The notes under the pieces: generated by a model
What the model was told of the DNA's origin: nothing
Database searches by the model: none
What the model saw: only the letters and a program-made list of their open reading frames with translations
Shown: piece by piece, positions 1 to 39,558 of the stretch
How the letters are laid out: every line of letters begins with the position of its first letter
How positions within the stretch are numbered: position 1 is the stretch's first letter
Assembly: GCA_030248215.1 (NCBI GenBank)
Contig: JASANG010002214.1
Location: 434,001 to 498,000 of the forward strand
Reading direction: 5' to 3'
DNA: 64,000 nt
Origin: Enoplolaimus lenunculus
Taxonomy: Eukaryota
Made by a program: the position numbers and the translations under genes

Positions 1-1161
1 ATCAATCGAAGGCGTTTAGTATTTTAAACTCCACCAGACACCAGTATAGGCTTACGCTCAGCCCCAGGTTTATGCTTAGGCTTAGGTTCAAGAAAAGTGT
101 CACCTAAGCTTAAAACTTTGCCTAGGTGTTTACATTAGGCTAAGCCCAAGCCTAAGCCTAAACTCTAAAAGTGGAGTTGAAAAAGGTTAAAGCTTTGCTT
201 AAGTATTTACCTTAGGCTTAACCCAAGCCTAAGCCGAAGCCTAAACTCTAAGAGTGTAGATGAATGTGTACAAGAACTGCGATTAGTGTCACTGTACCAT
301 AAAATTGGGCTTTTTAAAGCTAGCAAAAAATTTAACACAAAGTCTAAAAAACCTGTACTTAAGCTTATGCCGAAAGAAAGCTGACAAGGACAGTGTCAAG
401 TCAAAATAGTAGCAACTGTAATCATACAACTATTGAACTTTTGGACACTTTCCGCCAGATTTACACTAAGATTTAGACTTAACAAAACTCTTTCTTATGT
501 CTAATCCTTAATATATCAACAGCAAAGTGTTAACATTAAATGTGCATGAAAACCGTGAAATGTGGGGAAAGTGAACAAAAGCTAGCGGTTGGCTAAATAG
601 ACAACTGGATGTATAAACCAACTTGTAAGCTGTCTCAAATTCTAGGACAATAATTGTATAAAATTACGGTGTTTGCCAACCCACACCCATTAAGTTTTCT
701 CGGCGCAGTTCTGAATTTCATTTTTTGTCAAATGTAGGCATCGAGTATGCCTACGCTGTTTTGCCAAATGAACCAATAGTGCAAGAACTGTCCCAGGAAA
801 TAGTTACTGCGGCATATACGTTAGTCCTGGAGATCATAATTGTATTATGTGCGAATCTTGTATACTTTTCCCCATAGTTACGCTTAGCTTTAGGCTTAGG
901 TTTACAACAACGCTTCGCTTATTGTGTGCCAGAGCCTTTGTCTATGCCTGTAATCCTTGAAAACATAGTTTCATTGTGTATGGATGTTGTACACTTCCCT
1001 CGCATTTACGCTTAGCTTCAGGCTTAGGTTTACAACAACGATTCGCTTTAAGCTTTTGTGTATGCCTGAACCTAATCCTTAACATTAACTTTTAATATAG
1101 GAGAAAATGTAAAAGACGATCAGATTTGATACATACGTAATTATAATAAATTTTGTTTTAG

Positions 1162-28435
<27,274 letters not shown>

Positions 28436-28671
28436 TAGAGTAATCTCAGCTTTGCCTCGGGCACCTTCAATCTATTATATCCAGTTCCTTGATCGTATCG
28501 TCAGATCTATCTACAAGCCGATGAAGAAATTTAACTTCCTATTAATGTAAAAAGACCGTTTTTTGTTTTTTCTATTTTTAGCGTCTCTCTAGTGTGTTTA
28601 TCGACTAGTATTGATAATTGTTTAGTATTTGATTGCTTATTCGGTTATAAAATGGAACTGCTGTAAAAAGC

Positions 28672-28677
28672 AATAAA
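28672..28677 (+). terminator. Candidate polyadenylation signal of the collagen IV gene
   Basis: AATAAA about 240 nt after the TAA stop at 28435. Confidence 0.5.
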
Positions 28678-30132
28678 GATAAGCCCGTAGCGGACTCAAC
28701 ATGCTAGGGGATCAAAGCAATTGTTTGGAGGGTGTGCTGTGATCTATAAGCATTATAAAGCGTAGTCAAAACAGTTCTCGGTGACCCAAAAATTTTTCAA
28801 TGGGATTGACATCTGGGCCTACTAAGCAGAGAATTGTGGTTTTCTGGACGCATAGCTGGATAAGTTGCAAACTTTGTAATCATTTTTAGATCGGGTTTAA
28901 ATTACCCTGTATGGCATCTGGTTGATAGGAGTTTGTTTTTTGGAGCAAATTGTAAAACCTATCACTTGTTTCATTATTTTGTTGTCGTTTTCATCAGACT
29001 AATTTGTAATGCGGTATATTTCCATGTAAATGCAAGTCTATTAGCTGCAATCGTTGCAAATTGAGAACATAAAACGTTCATTAACAGAACCAAAGATATT
29101 CTTGTTACCTTTTAGTAAGCCGCTCAGAGTTATTGCAGTTTTGTTATGTTTTTGTAACCAAAATTCACTGCCTATTGATTCACCGCTATGAAGAATGTAT
29201 TTATTTTATGCGCTGTTTTAGTGATTGCGTTATATTTGCATTCGTGTGACAGATTTTTACAGCATCAAAAGGCTGCGTTTGCATGCGTAAAATGGCCCCT
29301 GTAAAGATCAAGGGCGGAACGTTTTTCTGTGGGACTAGAAAAGAACCTAAGCTTGTGAGTAATTTTTTGGTTCGGTTAGGCTTAGGCTTAGGAATATGCT
29401 CATTCTTGCGCTTTGGGTTAGGCTTAGGCTTAGGAATATATTCATTCTTGCGCTTAGGCTTAGGAATATGCTCATAATGTTGTTCCGTCTCTGTTCTTAA
29501 CGTTGGACAGTAAAATTAGATATGTTAACTGCGACATTCGCTGTGGAACAAATTTAGCGTTCGTTATTACACCGTTATTTTGTAGGCGCTTTTAGGATAA
29601 TCGAATTACCTAGCGTTTTGCTATTGTTTCGCTGTCTCTTGGGAAAGGGAGCGGAGGAAAGACAGAGTTATATCCTGTTTTACTGTGCTAGTATGATCGT
29701 ATAGTGTCACACCAGCCATTTTAAAAATGTATCTCTGCGATGAATAGACGATGACACTGTCATATTCTTTAACGTGCAATAAATTCATAATTGTGTGTTT
29801 CGAAACAACGTAGCGAGATAAAAGCTGGACTTGTAGGAACTAGTAATATACGAAATCCTACTGATAGCATTGCTCATATACCTGTTGTAATTTTATTTAA
29901 TATTTTGTGGTTAAAAGTATCAAATTCATTGCTCACACAAATCAGACGATTGAGAATGTATTTATATGAAAACGATCGTTAGGTTGATAAATTGTGTGAC
30001 AGGCAATTTTTAAAGTTTCAGCTGCTAAAGAGTACTCGAAATAAAGAGCAAGAACAAATTTTTGAACACCTAACAGCGTGTCATTCATAGATTCTGGATT
30101 CATCGAATTCAGCGTAATAATTGTGTATTGAC

Positions 30133-30343
30133 CAGGGTGTAACCGCATATCCGTTTCTGTTTCCGGTAGAAATCGGTGTACATTTCCGTTCCTGTTTCCG
30201 TTCGGTGAATTTATGCTAGCCTCAATTGTGTTGCCCCAAAACGAAAACATTTTTGAAACTTTTATACTTCAATATCTGTTTTTCGTTTCCGTTATTTTCA
30301 TCACAATCCGTTTCCGTTATTTTTACTGGCCGTTTACACCCTG
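30133..30343. mobile_element. hAT-like MITE (TIR CAGGGTGTAA), perfect 8-bp TSD
   Basis: GTATTGAC on both sides. Longer copies at 37422-37793 and 44134-44488. Confidence 0.85.
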
Positions 30344-30475
30344 GTATTGACCAATTCTAGTTCATCGCCAGCAAAATTTGCCGGCATCCGACTCCGATAT
30401 TGTTCATCTCTGGTTACGCTCACATGAATCATGATGTAGCAAATCAATTATATTCCATTTCATGAACAAACCTTT

Positions 30476-33400
30476 ATGGTATTAAAACACTCTCGCTATC
30501 TTATCACTGGTGCAATTTGCGCGTCATCGGGATTTTTGGCAGGCTGTTGGTACACTCGCCGTCCGCCTCGCAGCAACGATCGCCAATATCTTAACTTCAG
30601 CGCAGTACATGCCGCTTCTGCTCCGGTTAGTTTTATACTGTTGCCCACTAAACTTTGCGCTTCAGCGACGGATCCGGATATTTCTAATAGGTGGGCGGGC
30701 TGGCAATTGTTTTGAAATGCAATTTTTAATACTGTATATGCCATTGGCAGCGTAAACTATTAAGCTAGGGACCTCATCATTTTATCACCAAAAAAATCCG
30801 ACGGGGTGGCGTACGACTCCGCTCGTTTGGATCGACAAGTTAGAGAGCTCATGGAAAGAGATGGTTTACGACTCAAATTTCATTAAAGAATTTGTTTTTG
30901 TAATATTAACGATTTTGTGTCATATTTTTTATTGCTATTTTATGCAATAAATTCAATTTCAATGTTCTAGAATTTGGCAGTTCCACTAGACTCACTTTCG
31001 CCTTTGGAACAAAAACCTCAACTTAAAGAATCGAAAACTGCTTCATTGACAAAATACGGTCTACCTAGTTTCAATAATCTTCGCTCGTTTGATGACTACG
31101 TTTTATCGTATGACACAAGAAATAGGTTAGTTAGTGTCAGGGTACAGCCGGATGTCTGCCTCCGGCTCCGGCAGAATATCGGCCTCCGGCTCCGGTAGAA
31201 TTTTTGCCGGAGGTTCCGCTAATTTCGATAGTAAAATTTTGCATAATTTTGCAAAATTTATCTGTTTAGCAGCCCGTTTTGTTTCTCACTTTTGTTACAA
31301 TTTTCAGGAAGGAATTTCTGAAATTTCGCAGAAAATTAGCGCAAAACCAAACAACTTAACAAAAAGTTAGAAATCTAAAATTGTTGATTGTTTGCTTAAA
31401 ATACGTCTAGTTTTGTATGAATTAAAATTGTAATTAATTTCGGTTTTCCTTTGCTGTCAGGTGATTATTTGAGCTAATAATAGCATTAGACCAATATACA
31501 CCAGCCTATCGTGAGCAAAAGTGTAAATCCTTGTGCAAAACCATGTTTCCAGTTTTGAAATTAGCTTCTTTGAAGATTAGATTGTTAGCTGCACACGGTG
31601 TTCCTTTTAGTCGACGTCAATTGAACGGTAACGATTTCGTTAACAAAGATACATAATTTGTGATCGGATTTACCCGGCTCTCTCCATTTCGTGTATTCCA
31701 TTATGTAAAAACCACATTTAATTTTTGATATTTTTACGCTGCTGAATATGTCATTTTTAATTACTTTATTTTATTCTGAAGTAAATTGCATTAAAACGAA
31801 ATTTTATACACCGAATTGATGTTGAAATTTTAAAAGTTTCAATTTTTTCGTTTTTATTTCCAACGCATAATTTAAACAAATCAGATGAAAAAATTGCGAG
31901 CTGGAATTGTAACACAAAATGCGTTTGTTACAATTTTGAGGCCAATTTTAGAATTTTTTCTTTTTATATTTGCCTAATACTCGTTTTCTGTTTCAGTAAT
32001 TTGTCAGTGTCTGTTTTCGTTTCGTGATATTTTTGGTATATATCCGATTTGACACGGATAATAATTGCACAGTTGTTGTTATTTAACTTTTTCCATCCAG
32101 AGTTCCAAACTGGGTATTGGAACATTTGACTCCGGCAAATATTGAAAAAAATCAACAAGTTGATCGTTCGAAATGTGAATTTAGAGCTGATCCACAAGTA
32201 CACAGCTATTTCCAATCAAATAATGCAGATTACAAGGTATAGAAACGACATGTGTGTTTTGTCATTATATGTGTGGGTATTATAAACCTTGGTGAAAACT
32301 TTCAGTATTTTGGACAGTGTTCCAGTTGTTGTTTTTGTATGCAAATTAGAACACACATATACAGTTTGAAAGTCAATGAAACATGATGTATTATGCACCT
32401 AAGGTGATGTAAAATTACCAAATGTAAGAAAAACTATTACGTAGTTTTCAGGCAGGAGTAAAATTTGTTAGGAGAAATATATCTACGGATGGAAATATGC
32501 AACCACTGACTACATATTTGCGTATTATCTACTTGAAATTACGTTGGTTTGGTTCGTTTTTGAGTGCTTTAAATCACTTCAAGAGATAGGTTTCAATGCT
32601 GCTGACGCGGTATGTCGGTATTTGTAAAATCAGGGTACCGGTATTTTTGACCGTATACCGGTACTTTTTAACTTTAACATATTTTCACTACAATTTAATT
32701 TGAATATATTGCGTAACATTTAAGACGGTGGTATATCGGTATTTTACAGGTGTCAGTGCAACATTAGTTTCAAAGCGACGCTTCCTCCTAAAAGTGTATT
32801 CTTTAACGTTTGAAAAAGCGAAAGACACTTTTTAAGATTATCCATTTCTACTAAAATCTGTTCAAAACATTAAAAATACTGACACCGACCTAAAAACTGT
32901 AAATTTTAGAGGTCATTAAATCTAAAAATCTAAATGTGAAGCGTATGAACGGCTTACATGCTACAACTTTAACCCTCAATGGCCCGACAGTCTACATATG
33001 TAGACATAACCAGTTCGACAATTGATTGTTCGGCAGGTGCTATAGTTAAGAATCTATTGTTTAATTTCCATCGATAATTATTCTGTTATAGTAGTATAAA
33101 AAACTTATAGCATTGTGGGAACAAAAGTTTGCTGTACAGTGAGTCATATACCTATATAACCGGACCGTCTACATATGTAGACAGATGTTGATTTGATCAT
33201 AGTTTGAGTTTTGACAAGAATTGGAACGTTTTGTTCTTACACACGGTTTTGTATGGTGAGGTACAGTCAGGGAAATGTCAGGTTTGCATAAATTATCTTT
33301 GACTGAGGTCGTACGACGTGTATTAGAACCAAGTGATTCAGAGACAGAAGATGACAAACCGGACGACAATAGTTCAAATGACGACTCAGAATCAGTTGAG

Positions 33401-36400
33401 TTAGGTCAATGCAGTAGTGAAGAGGCTGCTATTTATGAGCAAGATAGTGATGGTGAATTACAAAAACAATCGGACGCATCTAGTAGTGAGTTGAGCGATA
33501 TGGACGAGACTTCTAGTGGAAGTAATGTGTTTTTGTCAGCGACGGGTGTTGAGTGGCATTCTACAACACCGCCTGTCCGTGTGTTAGCTAGAAATATAAT
33601 TCGCTTTCGCGAAGGCACTGCAGTAAACCCTACAACAGAGTCACAAGCATTTTATCTTTATATAAACGAGCCCATTTTACATACAATTCAGCGACTCACT
33701 AGTAGGCGACTGCGGGCGCGCAATTTTTCAACGCTACCAATGTGCGAGCTGAAAGCTTGGCTTGGGGTGGTAAGCAGAGCTGGTGCAGATCGCGATAACA
33801 TGTCTCCAGTGGCTTCACTATTCACCAAAAACGACATCAGGCCCTTTTACCGCTGCGCGCTGTCAAAAAACAGAATGAAACAGTTGCTGGAAAATGTAAC
33901 CTTCGACAACAAACTGACTCGCCGGGAGCGTCAAAAAAGTGACAAAATGGCTGCTATACGAGATGTTTGGGACCTATTTCAGTCCAACTTACGTCTTCAT
34001 TATATACCGTCCGAATCACTTACAGTAGATGAACAGCTCTACGGGTATAGAGGATATGCACCGGGGCGAGCGTACATGCCGGCGAAACCTGCTAAGTACG
34101 GCGTAAAAATATTCTGGCTTTGCGATGCTCGGAATGGATATGCCCTAAAAGGAAATATTTATACAGGGCGTGAAGGCGAACGGGCCGTAGGGCTTGCTAA
34201 ACGCATCGTAATGGATCTTATTCAACCATACTGTAACACTCAGCGAAACATTTTCATGGACCGCTATTTCACATCCCATGAATTGGCTGTGGACCTATTA
34301 CAAAGTGGGCTAACGTGCACAGGCACAATAATGGCAAATCGCCGCAGCGTACCTCCGGTGCTAAAGTCAACAAAAGAACAAGAGGTCTATAGCACCCGAT
34401 TTTTATGGGACCACAATAACCGCATAATGTTGGCGTCTTATTGTCCAAAGAAAAATAAAAATGTGCTATTACTAAGTTCAGTTCATGTGAAAAACGAAGT
34501 TTGCACCAGCAGAGAGGACAAAAAACCAGCAGTTATCTTGGATTATAATTTGGGAAAAGGCGGGGTTGATGTAATGGACTCTTGCATTGATGATTTTACC
34601 TGCAAACGCAAAACGAATCGTTATCCTCTAGTCTGCTTTTTCAATATGATTGATATTGCGTTGCACAACGCATTCATTGTCATGAAACTGAACGGATATC
34701 AAAAGTCACGCAATGTTTTCATGAAAAAAGTAGCCGAACAACTAGCGCAAGACAATATGACCAAACGTTACAGTAGTGAAAAAATTTACGCAAAATCAAA
34801 GGATTCATTTATGGCTTACGGGCTGCCTCAAAAGCGAAACGAACCTTCTACATCTGGTAAACCGACCAAATGTCAGGTCACAAGTTGTCGCAAATCTACG
34901 AGATTGAGCTGTTCGTCATGTGGAAAACGAGTGTGCAAGGACCACATGAATCGCACCATAACGTGCAACGACTGTGCTTAACTGGACAACGCGCCCGCAG
35001 TGGGAGGCTGGACGGGGAGCGGGTGGAACTCCGCCAGAACACTAGTTCTGACTGTCTCAAGCCAGTTAAAGGAGGAGAGCACCCTGAGATAAGCCAAAAC
35101 TAACGCTAGTTGTGTTGTCTACATATGTAGACCGTTGGGCTGATTAAGGTGAAAATTTTGCCGGGCCGTTGAGGGTTAAACATTAATTAGCTTGCTGGAA
35201 GTGAATTAAGTCGAAATCGATTTATTAGTAAGATTTTCTTCTTTTATACGATACGAGGTATCTTAATTAATCAATATGCATCGTAGAGCAATCCGATTCT
35301 TTATAGTTCTTTATATTAAAAATTTATCAAAAGAATAATTTTTGATGCAATTATGATTGGTTGATCGTTAATTTTTTGACATTAATAAGTTTAGCTGCAA
35401 TTATGATTGGTTGAGCATTATTTTTTGACATTAACAAGTTTAGCTACAATTATGATTGGTTGAGCATTAATTTTTTTTACATTAATAGTTTTAACTGCAA
35501 TTATGATTGGTTGAACATTAATTTACGTTCCCAATTGTCAAATAAAGTTTTGAATATAATTACTTGCGCGATTTTTGAAGGAACCTTGTTAAGCTGTTGT
35601 TGGTTAAACTGAACTCGGTATTTTCAGGGCAGCGGATTCGACCGTGGACACATGGCAGCAGCTGGAAACCATTGCACCTCCCACAATTTAGTTAATGGCA
35701 CATTTTATCTCAGCAATATGGCCCCGCAGGCGAGTTTGGGAATTATCAAAAAGTGATGATTGCTCAGAATTTCTGTGACAGCCAGCTGTGTCTTAGCACT
35801 TCCAGACTGTCTTTATTAATTCTAATGGTGTTGATATATATTTTTACTATATACATTCGAATTAAAACTGAACCATTTTGTTTGTGAAATATATGGTAGC
35901 ACATTTTAAGGAATATATTAGGCTCCTGTGCACTTTCTACTCAATTACCAGTCAGGCTTTGAAAAAAAAACTTGCTTGTACTTAAGCCTTTGCCTAAGCA
36001 TACACCTAAACCTTTACCTTAAATTTTTTTAGTTACTGTAAGTTAAACTATAATCGAGCTCTCAGTGTTCTAGGTTGGTAAAGGGTTTAATCGCGACAAA
36101 TGGAATGAATTAGAAAAGCATGCGAGACGACTTGCTAGGCATTCACGAAATGTTTACGTGGTTACTGGTCCGTTGTATTTGCCAATGTAAGCATGGTTTA
36201 TTTGGTTGTTTTAGCGAAATTTGTGAATGGGTTGAGTTAAGGAATACTACGTAGCGCAGCTGAAGATGTAGCAAAACAACAGTGATGTAAAACTAACGCT
36301 GATTGGTTAACGATGTTGCGTCTGTCCAAATAATCAAATCTGATTGGTTATAAGTTTAATAGCAGTTTAGATAGGCGAAACTGCTATTTTACGCAAAGTA

Positions 36401-38339
36401 GCAGATTGGCCTAGGCCAATATGTAATTGTCCTGAATAACAGATTAACCTGACATATATATCCACGCGTACGTTAACCGTAGTCAGCAACGAAGCCACGA
36501 TTTCAGTTTGGGAGGGTATAATCCCATGCAGAGGTCTAAGTGGGTAAAGATTTTTTGCCAGCGCTGCGCTTTACCCCAGGAAATTTTATTTTTTACCTGT
36601 GAGTATACCCGCGCAAAATTCCGTTACCCGTTACCACCCTTTACCCGCGCAAAATTCCTTTACAGTTGGCCACCTAAAGCCGCCCTTATTTTTTTATCTG
36701 CGTTCAACACAATTGTATAATATTACAGTGCATAGTCCTTTTTCACGCATACGGTAACACTAAAAATAGTGTAAAAATTCAAGTATTTCTACATTAAGTT
36801 TCTCTACATCATCTGGTGTCAAATTTTTTATGAAAATTTTAGGCGGATAAACAATCACAAATTTATTAGCTGGTTCACTTGGAACTTTTGTGTTTACATT
36901 TGCTTAAATCACCGATTTGATAAGTGTGTATAGTATATATACTTGTATCATGTCGGAGTCCATGGGCTTATCCACAAATTATGAAAAAAGTCGTTAAATT
37001 TTATAACAATTTCGACGGGAGTTTCTTGTTGTGCAAACTGAAACCGTCTCTGAAAATGTACTATACAAAAATCCCGAATGGGGGCAGTTGACATGTGAAA
37101 CGTTTTCTGACTACACCCCCGTCGGAATCTAAATTCAAATTTATTTACAAAATGGCACTTGCTGGTGTGAGAGCATGAGCCTAAAATAAGTTTTAAAGGA
37201 TAAGAGAACGAATGTTTACGTCACGTTTGGTTTCAAGTTGGATAACAGCTTACAAGTTCATGTGCTTCATTAAATTGTTTCAGAAAAGAAAATGATGGAA
37301 AAATGTATGTAAAGTATCAGGTCATTGGCAACTCTCATGTTTCTGTTCCGACTCACTTTTTCAAAGTAAGTCAAACTTTAAAGCAATTGCAGCGAAGATA
37401 TTACACAAATAGACAAAATAGCAGAGTGTAAACGGATAGTAAAAATAACGCAAACGGATAGTTATTAAAATAACAGAAATGGAAAACGGATATTGAAGTA
37501 TGAAGGTTTCAAATATGTTTTATTTTTCTGCGAACGCAATTGATGTATGCAAATATTCATCGGTCTTTCAAAAATTTAAAAAAAAATAGCGGATGCATTG
37601 AACATATTAAAATTTGGATGAATTTAATTTTTATTTCATTAGAAACAATTGCAGCATATTAGTAAGGAAAAATTGCGTGATCTGTACGTGATTTATCACT
37701 AATTTTGAAGGTAAAAATAGCAGAATTCCCGTTAGTTCTGTAACGGAAACGGACACAGATTTTTACCGGAAACGGATATCCGGTTACACCCTGCAAAATC
37801 GGTATATTGTGCTGTATTTAGCGTAAATTTGTCAAGGACAACTCTGGGTGATCTGCAGATTTTAATTGGTCGCTTAATTAGCTAATGTTCTTGAATATTT
37901 TGACAATACGTTTGTCTTTAGTTTCAGCCAGTAGGTAGTGCCGGCTATCGAGGACTTACTCTTCAGGCAAATTTTGCCATCCTAGAATAGTGTCGACCTG
38001 AATTGTTGCAACTCGTGTATCCTTGTATGTCACTCCTAAAATTTTAGCTTATATAGCGTGACGGGCTATCTACAAGCCTGTTTAGTTTGAGCGTTTAATG
38101 CCAAGTCGTTTTGCAATTTGTAGGTTTTATTGGCGGAAACACCGTCTGGTACGTTCACCATCGAGTCTTACGTCCTTCCAAATCGAGCCATCCCAGATGA
38201 AGTGGCGTTGAAAAGTTTTTTAATTCCTTTAGAATCGATTGAACGAGCCGCTGGATTGTTGATGTTTCAAAAACTTCCACCCGGTTCAATTACACTTGTT
38301 AATCAACCATACTTTAAGACACAAGCCATCGGAACATAA
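30476..38339 (+). CDS. ENDOG: Endonuclease G, mitochondrial (CPS-6/NUC1 family), 7 exons, 317 aa
   Basis: Exons 30476-30625, 30971-31125, 32101-32236, 35628-35729, 36074-36186, 37284-37365, 38124-38339 (954 nt, in frame). Motifs: KYGLP, YVLSYD.RNRVPNWVLEHLT, the active-site DYKGSGFDRGHMAAAGNH, TFYLSNMAPQVGKGFNRDKWNELE, VYVVTGPLYLP, YVKYQVIG..VSVPTHFFKV, IERAAGL. The basic/hydrophobic N-terminus is compatible with mitochondrial targeting. Confidence 0.95.
32973..35175 (+). mobile_element. Full-length piggyBac DNA transposon in EndoG intron 3
   Basis: TTAA at 32969-32972 and 35176-35179. Left TIR CCCTCAATGGCCCGACA; right TIR (reverse complement) CCCTCAACGGCCCGGCA. Internal palindrome GTCTACATATGTAGAC at 32990-33005, 33167-33182 and 35117-35132. 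Single long ORF. Confidence 0.96.
33275..34981 (+). CDS. piggyBac transposase (PGBD4-like), 568 aa, intronless
   Basis: Acidic disordered N-terminus. Catalytic triad in LTVDEQL, IFMDRYFTS and KGGVDVMD. Also YMPAKPAKYGVKIFWLCDA and a C-terminal cysteine-rich domain CQVTSC..CSSCGKRVCKDH..CNDC. No stops or frameshifts. Confidence 0.96.
   Translation: MSGLHKLSLTEVVRRVLEPSDSETEDDKPDDNSSNDDSESVELGQCSSEEAAIYEQDSDGELQKQSDASSSELSDMDETSSGSNVFLSATGVEWHSTTPPVRVLARNIIRFREGTAVNPTTESQAFYLYINEPILHTIQRLTSRRLRARNFSTLPMCELKAWLGVVSRAGADRDNMSPVASLFTKNDIRPFYRCALSKNRMKQLLENVTFDNKLTRRERQKSDKMAAIRDVWDLFQSNLRLHYIPSESLTVDEQLYGYRGYAPGRAYMPAKPAKYGVKIFWLCDARNGYALKGNIYTGREGERAVGLAKRIVMDLIQPYCNTQRNIFMDRYFTSHELAVDLLQSGLTCTGTIMANRRSVPPVLKSTKEQEVYSTRFLWDHNNRIMLASYCPKKNKNVLLLSSVHVKNEVCTSREDKKPAVILDYNLGKGGVDVMDSCIDDFTCKRKTNRYPLVCFFNMIDIALHNAFIVMKLNGYQKSRNVFMKKVAEQLAQDNMTKRYSSEKIYAKSKDSFMAYGLPQKRNEPSTSGKPTKCQVTSCRKSTRLSCSSCGKRVCKDHMNRTITCNDCA
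35345..35523. repeat. ~50-bp minisatellite, ~3.5 copies
   Basis: Unit TGCAATTATGATTGGTTGAGCATTAATTTTTTGACATTAATAAGTTTAGC. Confidence 0.85.
37422..37793. mobile_element. hAT-like MITE (CAGGGTGTAA family) in EndoG intron 6
   Basis: CAGAGTGTAAACGG ... CCGGTTACACCCTG. Flanks CAAAATAG / CAAAATCG. Confidence 0.8.
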
Positions 38340-38342
38340 ATC

Positions 38343-38528
38343 GGTCAATGTGCAGAACACGGCCGGAACAGTAGTAGAAGCATATTCTTCAGCCTAAGGC
38401 TAAGTCTAAGCATAAAAGTAAAGCCTGTGCCTAAGCCTAAGTCTAAGCAAAAATATTTGTCTAAAGCGAAGGCTTATTGTATTGCAGTCCAGCGGAAAAA
38501 CGGTCCGCCCCAGATCTATACATGGGTC
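38343..38528. mobile_element. TTAGGC MITE family A (diverged), immediately after the EndoG stop codon
   Basis: GGTCAATGTGCAGAACACGGCC ... CTATACATGGGTC with CCTAAG repeats. Confidence 0.7.
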
Positions 38529-39455
38529 CCATACAGAGACGAATAATATTTCTTGCATGGCTTAAGTTGTATTTAGCTTATGCTCAAGTAGGCCATCCAT
38601 GCTAACAAGGTGGAACTTTGTGTTTTTGAAATATCGGAAATTACAATATTTTTATGCTCAATAATCGTTGAAAATCACTTATTTGTCATTCAATATTTCA
38701 ATACAGATATGCTGCAACTGTCTCATTTCAAATAAAAATGTCGAAATTCATTCAAAACGTGTAAAACTTTGGGTGTAATTTCTGTTTTTTTCTTAATAAT
38801 TTAGAAAGATGGTTAATATTTGCTTGCTTGCGAACACCGTTTATATTTTGCCTTTCCCGAAGCTACGCCCGTTGCTATTCTGTTGTACTTAGGTTTCAAT
38901 TCAGTTTCAGTTATTTTAACCCCACAACTTTAACTTTTGCCACCCATTTTATCTGATTAAGTTCATTACTTTAGGAATATACTTGTAAGATTTATACATA
39001 TTATATATAATATATAATATATGCTGCTGTGAATATAGGTAACATATATTTTAGATAGGCACAACAAACGTGTATCCGGATATATGCCGGATATCCAAAA
39101 TGCTGTTGTGTAAAAACCTTTTGGAATAATTTGCATTGTTTCACCATTAAACTAGCTAAAGCTGCCGAAAAGAAATTCCATAGTAAAACCTGAGTTAAAG
39201 TATTGAACCACATTCCTACATAATTATATGATGATTTGAAATGTTGATTTCTTAAAAGATACCAAAATTAAAAAATTTCAGTTTAGCTTAATATTTATTG
39301 GAACAATGACTTCCTACTTTAAATTAATATCTCAAAATTAGCTTAGTAAAAATTATAATTTTCCCCCTCAAAAGTTTTTTTGGGTGAAAAATTGCGTTTC
39401 AAACATTTATGAGCCTGCCTCCCTTCAGCAATTTCTGAATCCGCCGCTGAAAACG

Positions 39456-39558
39456 AGGCACCGCTAAAAGTGACATGGGCTGATGTTTGCACGAATAAGC
39501 GTAAGCAGGCACCGCTAAAAGTGACATGGGCTGATGTTTGTACGATTTAGCGTAAGCA
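39456..39558. repeat. 51-bp tandem duplication
   Basis: AGGCACCGCTAAAAGTGACATGGGCTGATGTTTGYACGA..AGCGTAAGC occurs twice. Confidence 0.85.

Noticed and set aside
28894..28907. GGTTTAAATTACCC resembling the SL1 spliced leader
   Set aside because: Has an extra base, lacks the rest of the 22-nt leader, and has no donor or Sm site. Likely chance.
32236..33275. CSB-PGBD3-style EndoG-transposase fusion by exon trapping
   Set aside because: EndoG exon 3 ends in phase 0. There is an in-frame TGA at 33257, and the nearby AGs (ending 33260, 33266, 33270) are all out of frame with the transposase ATG. RNA-seq could still reveal a cryptic site.
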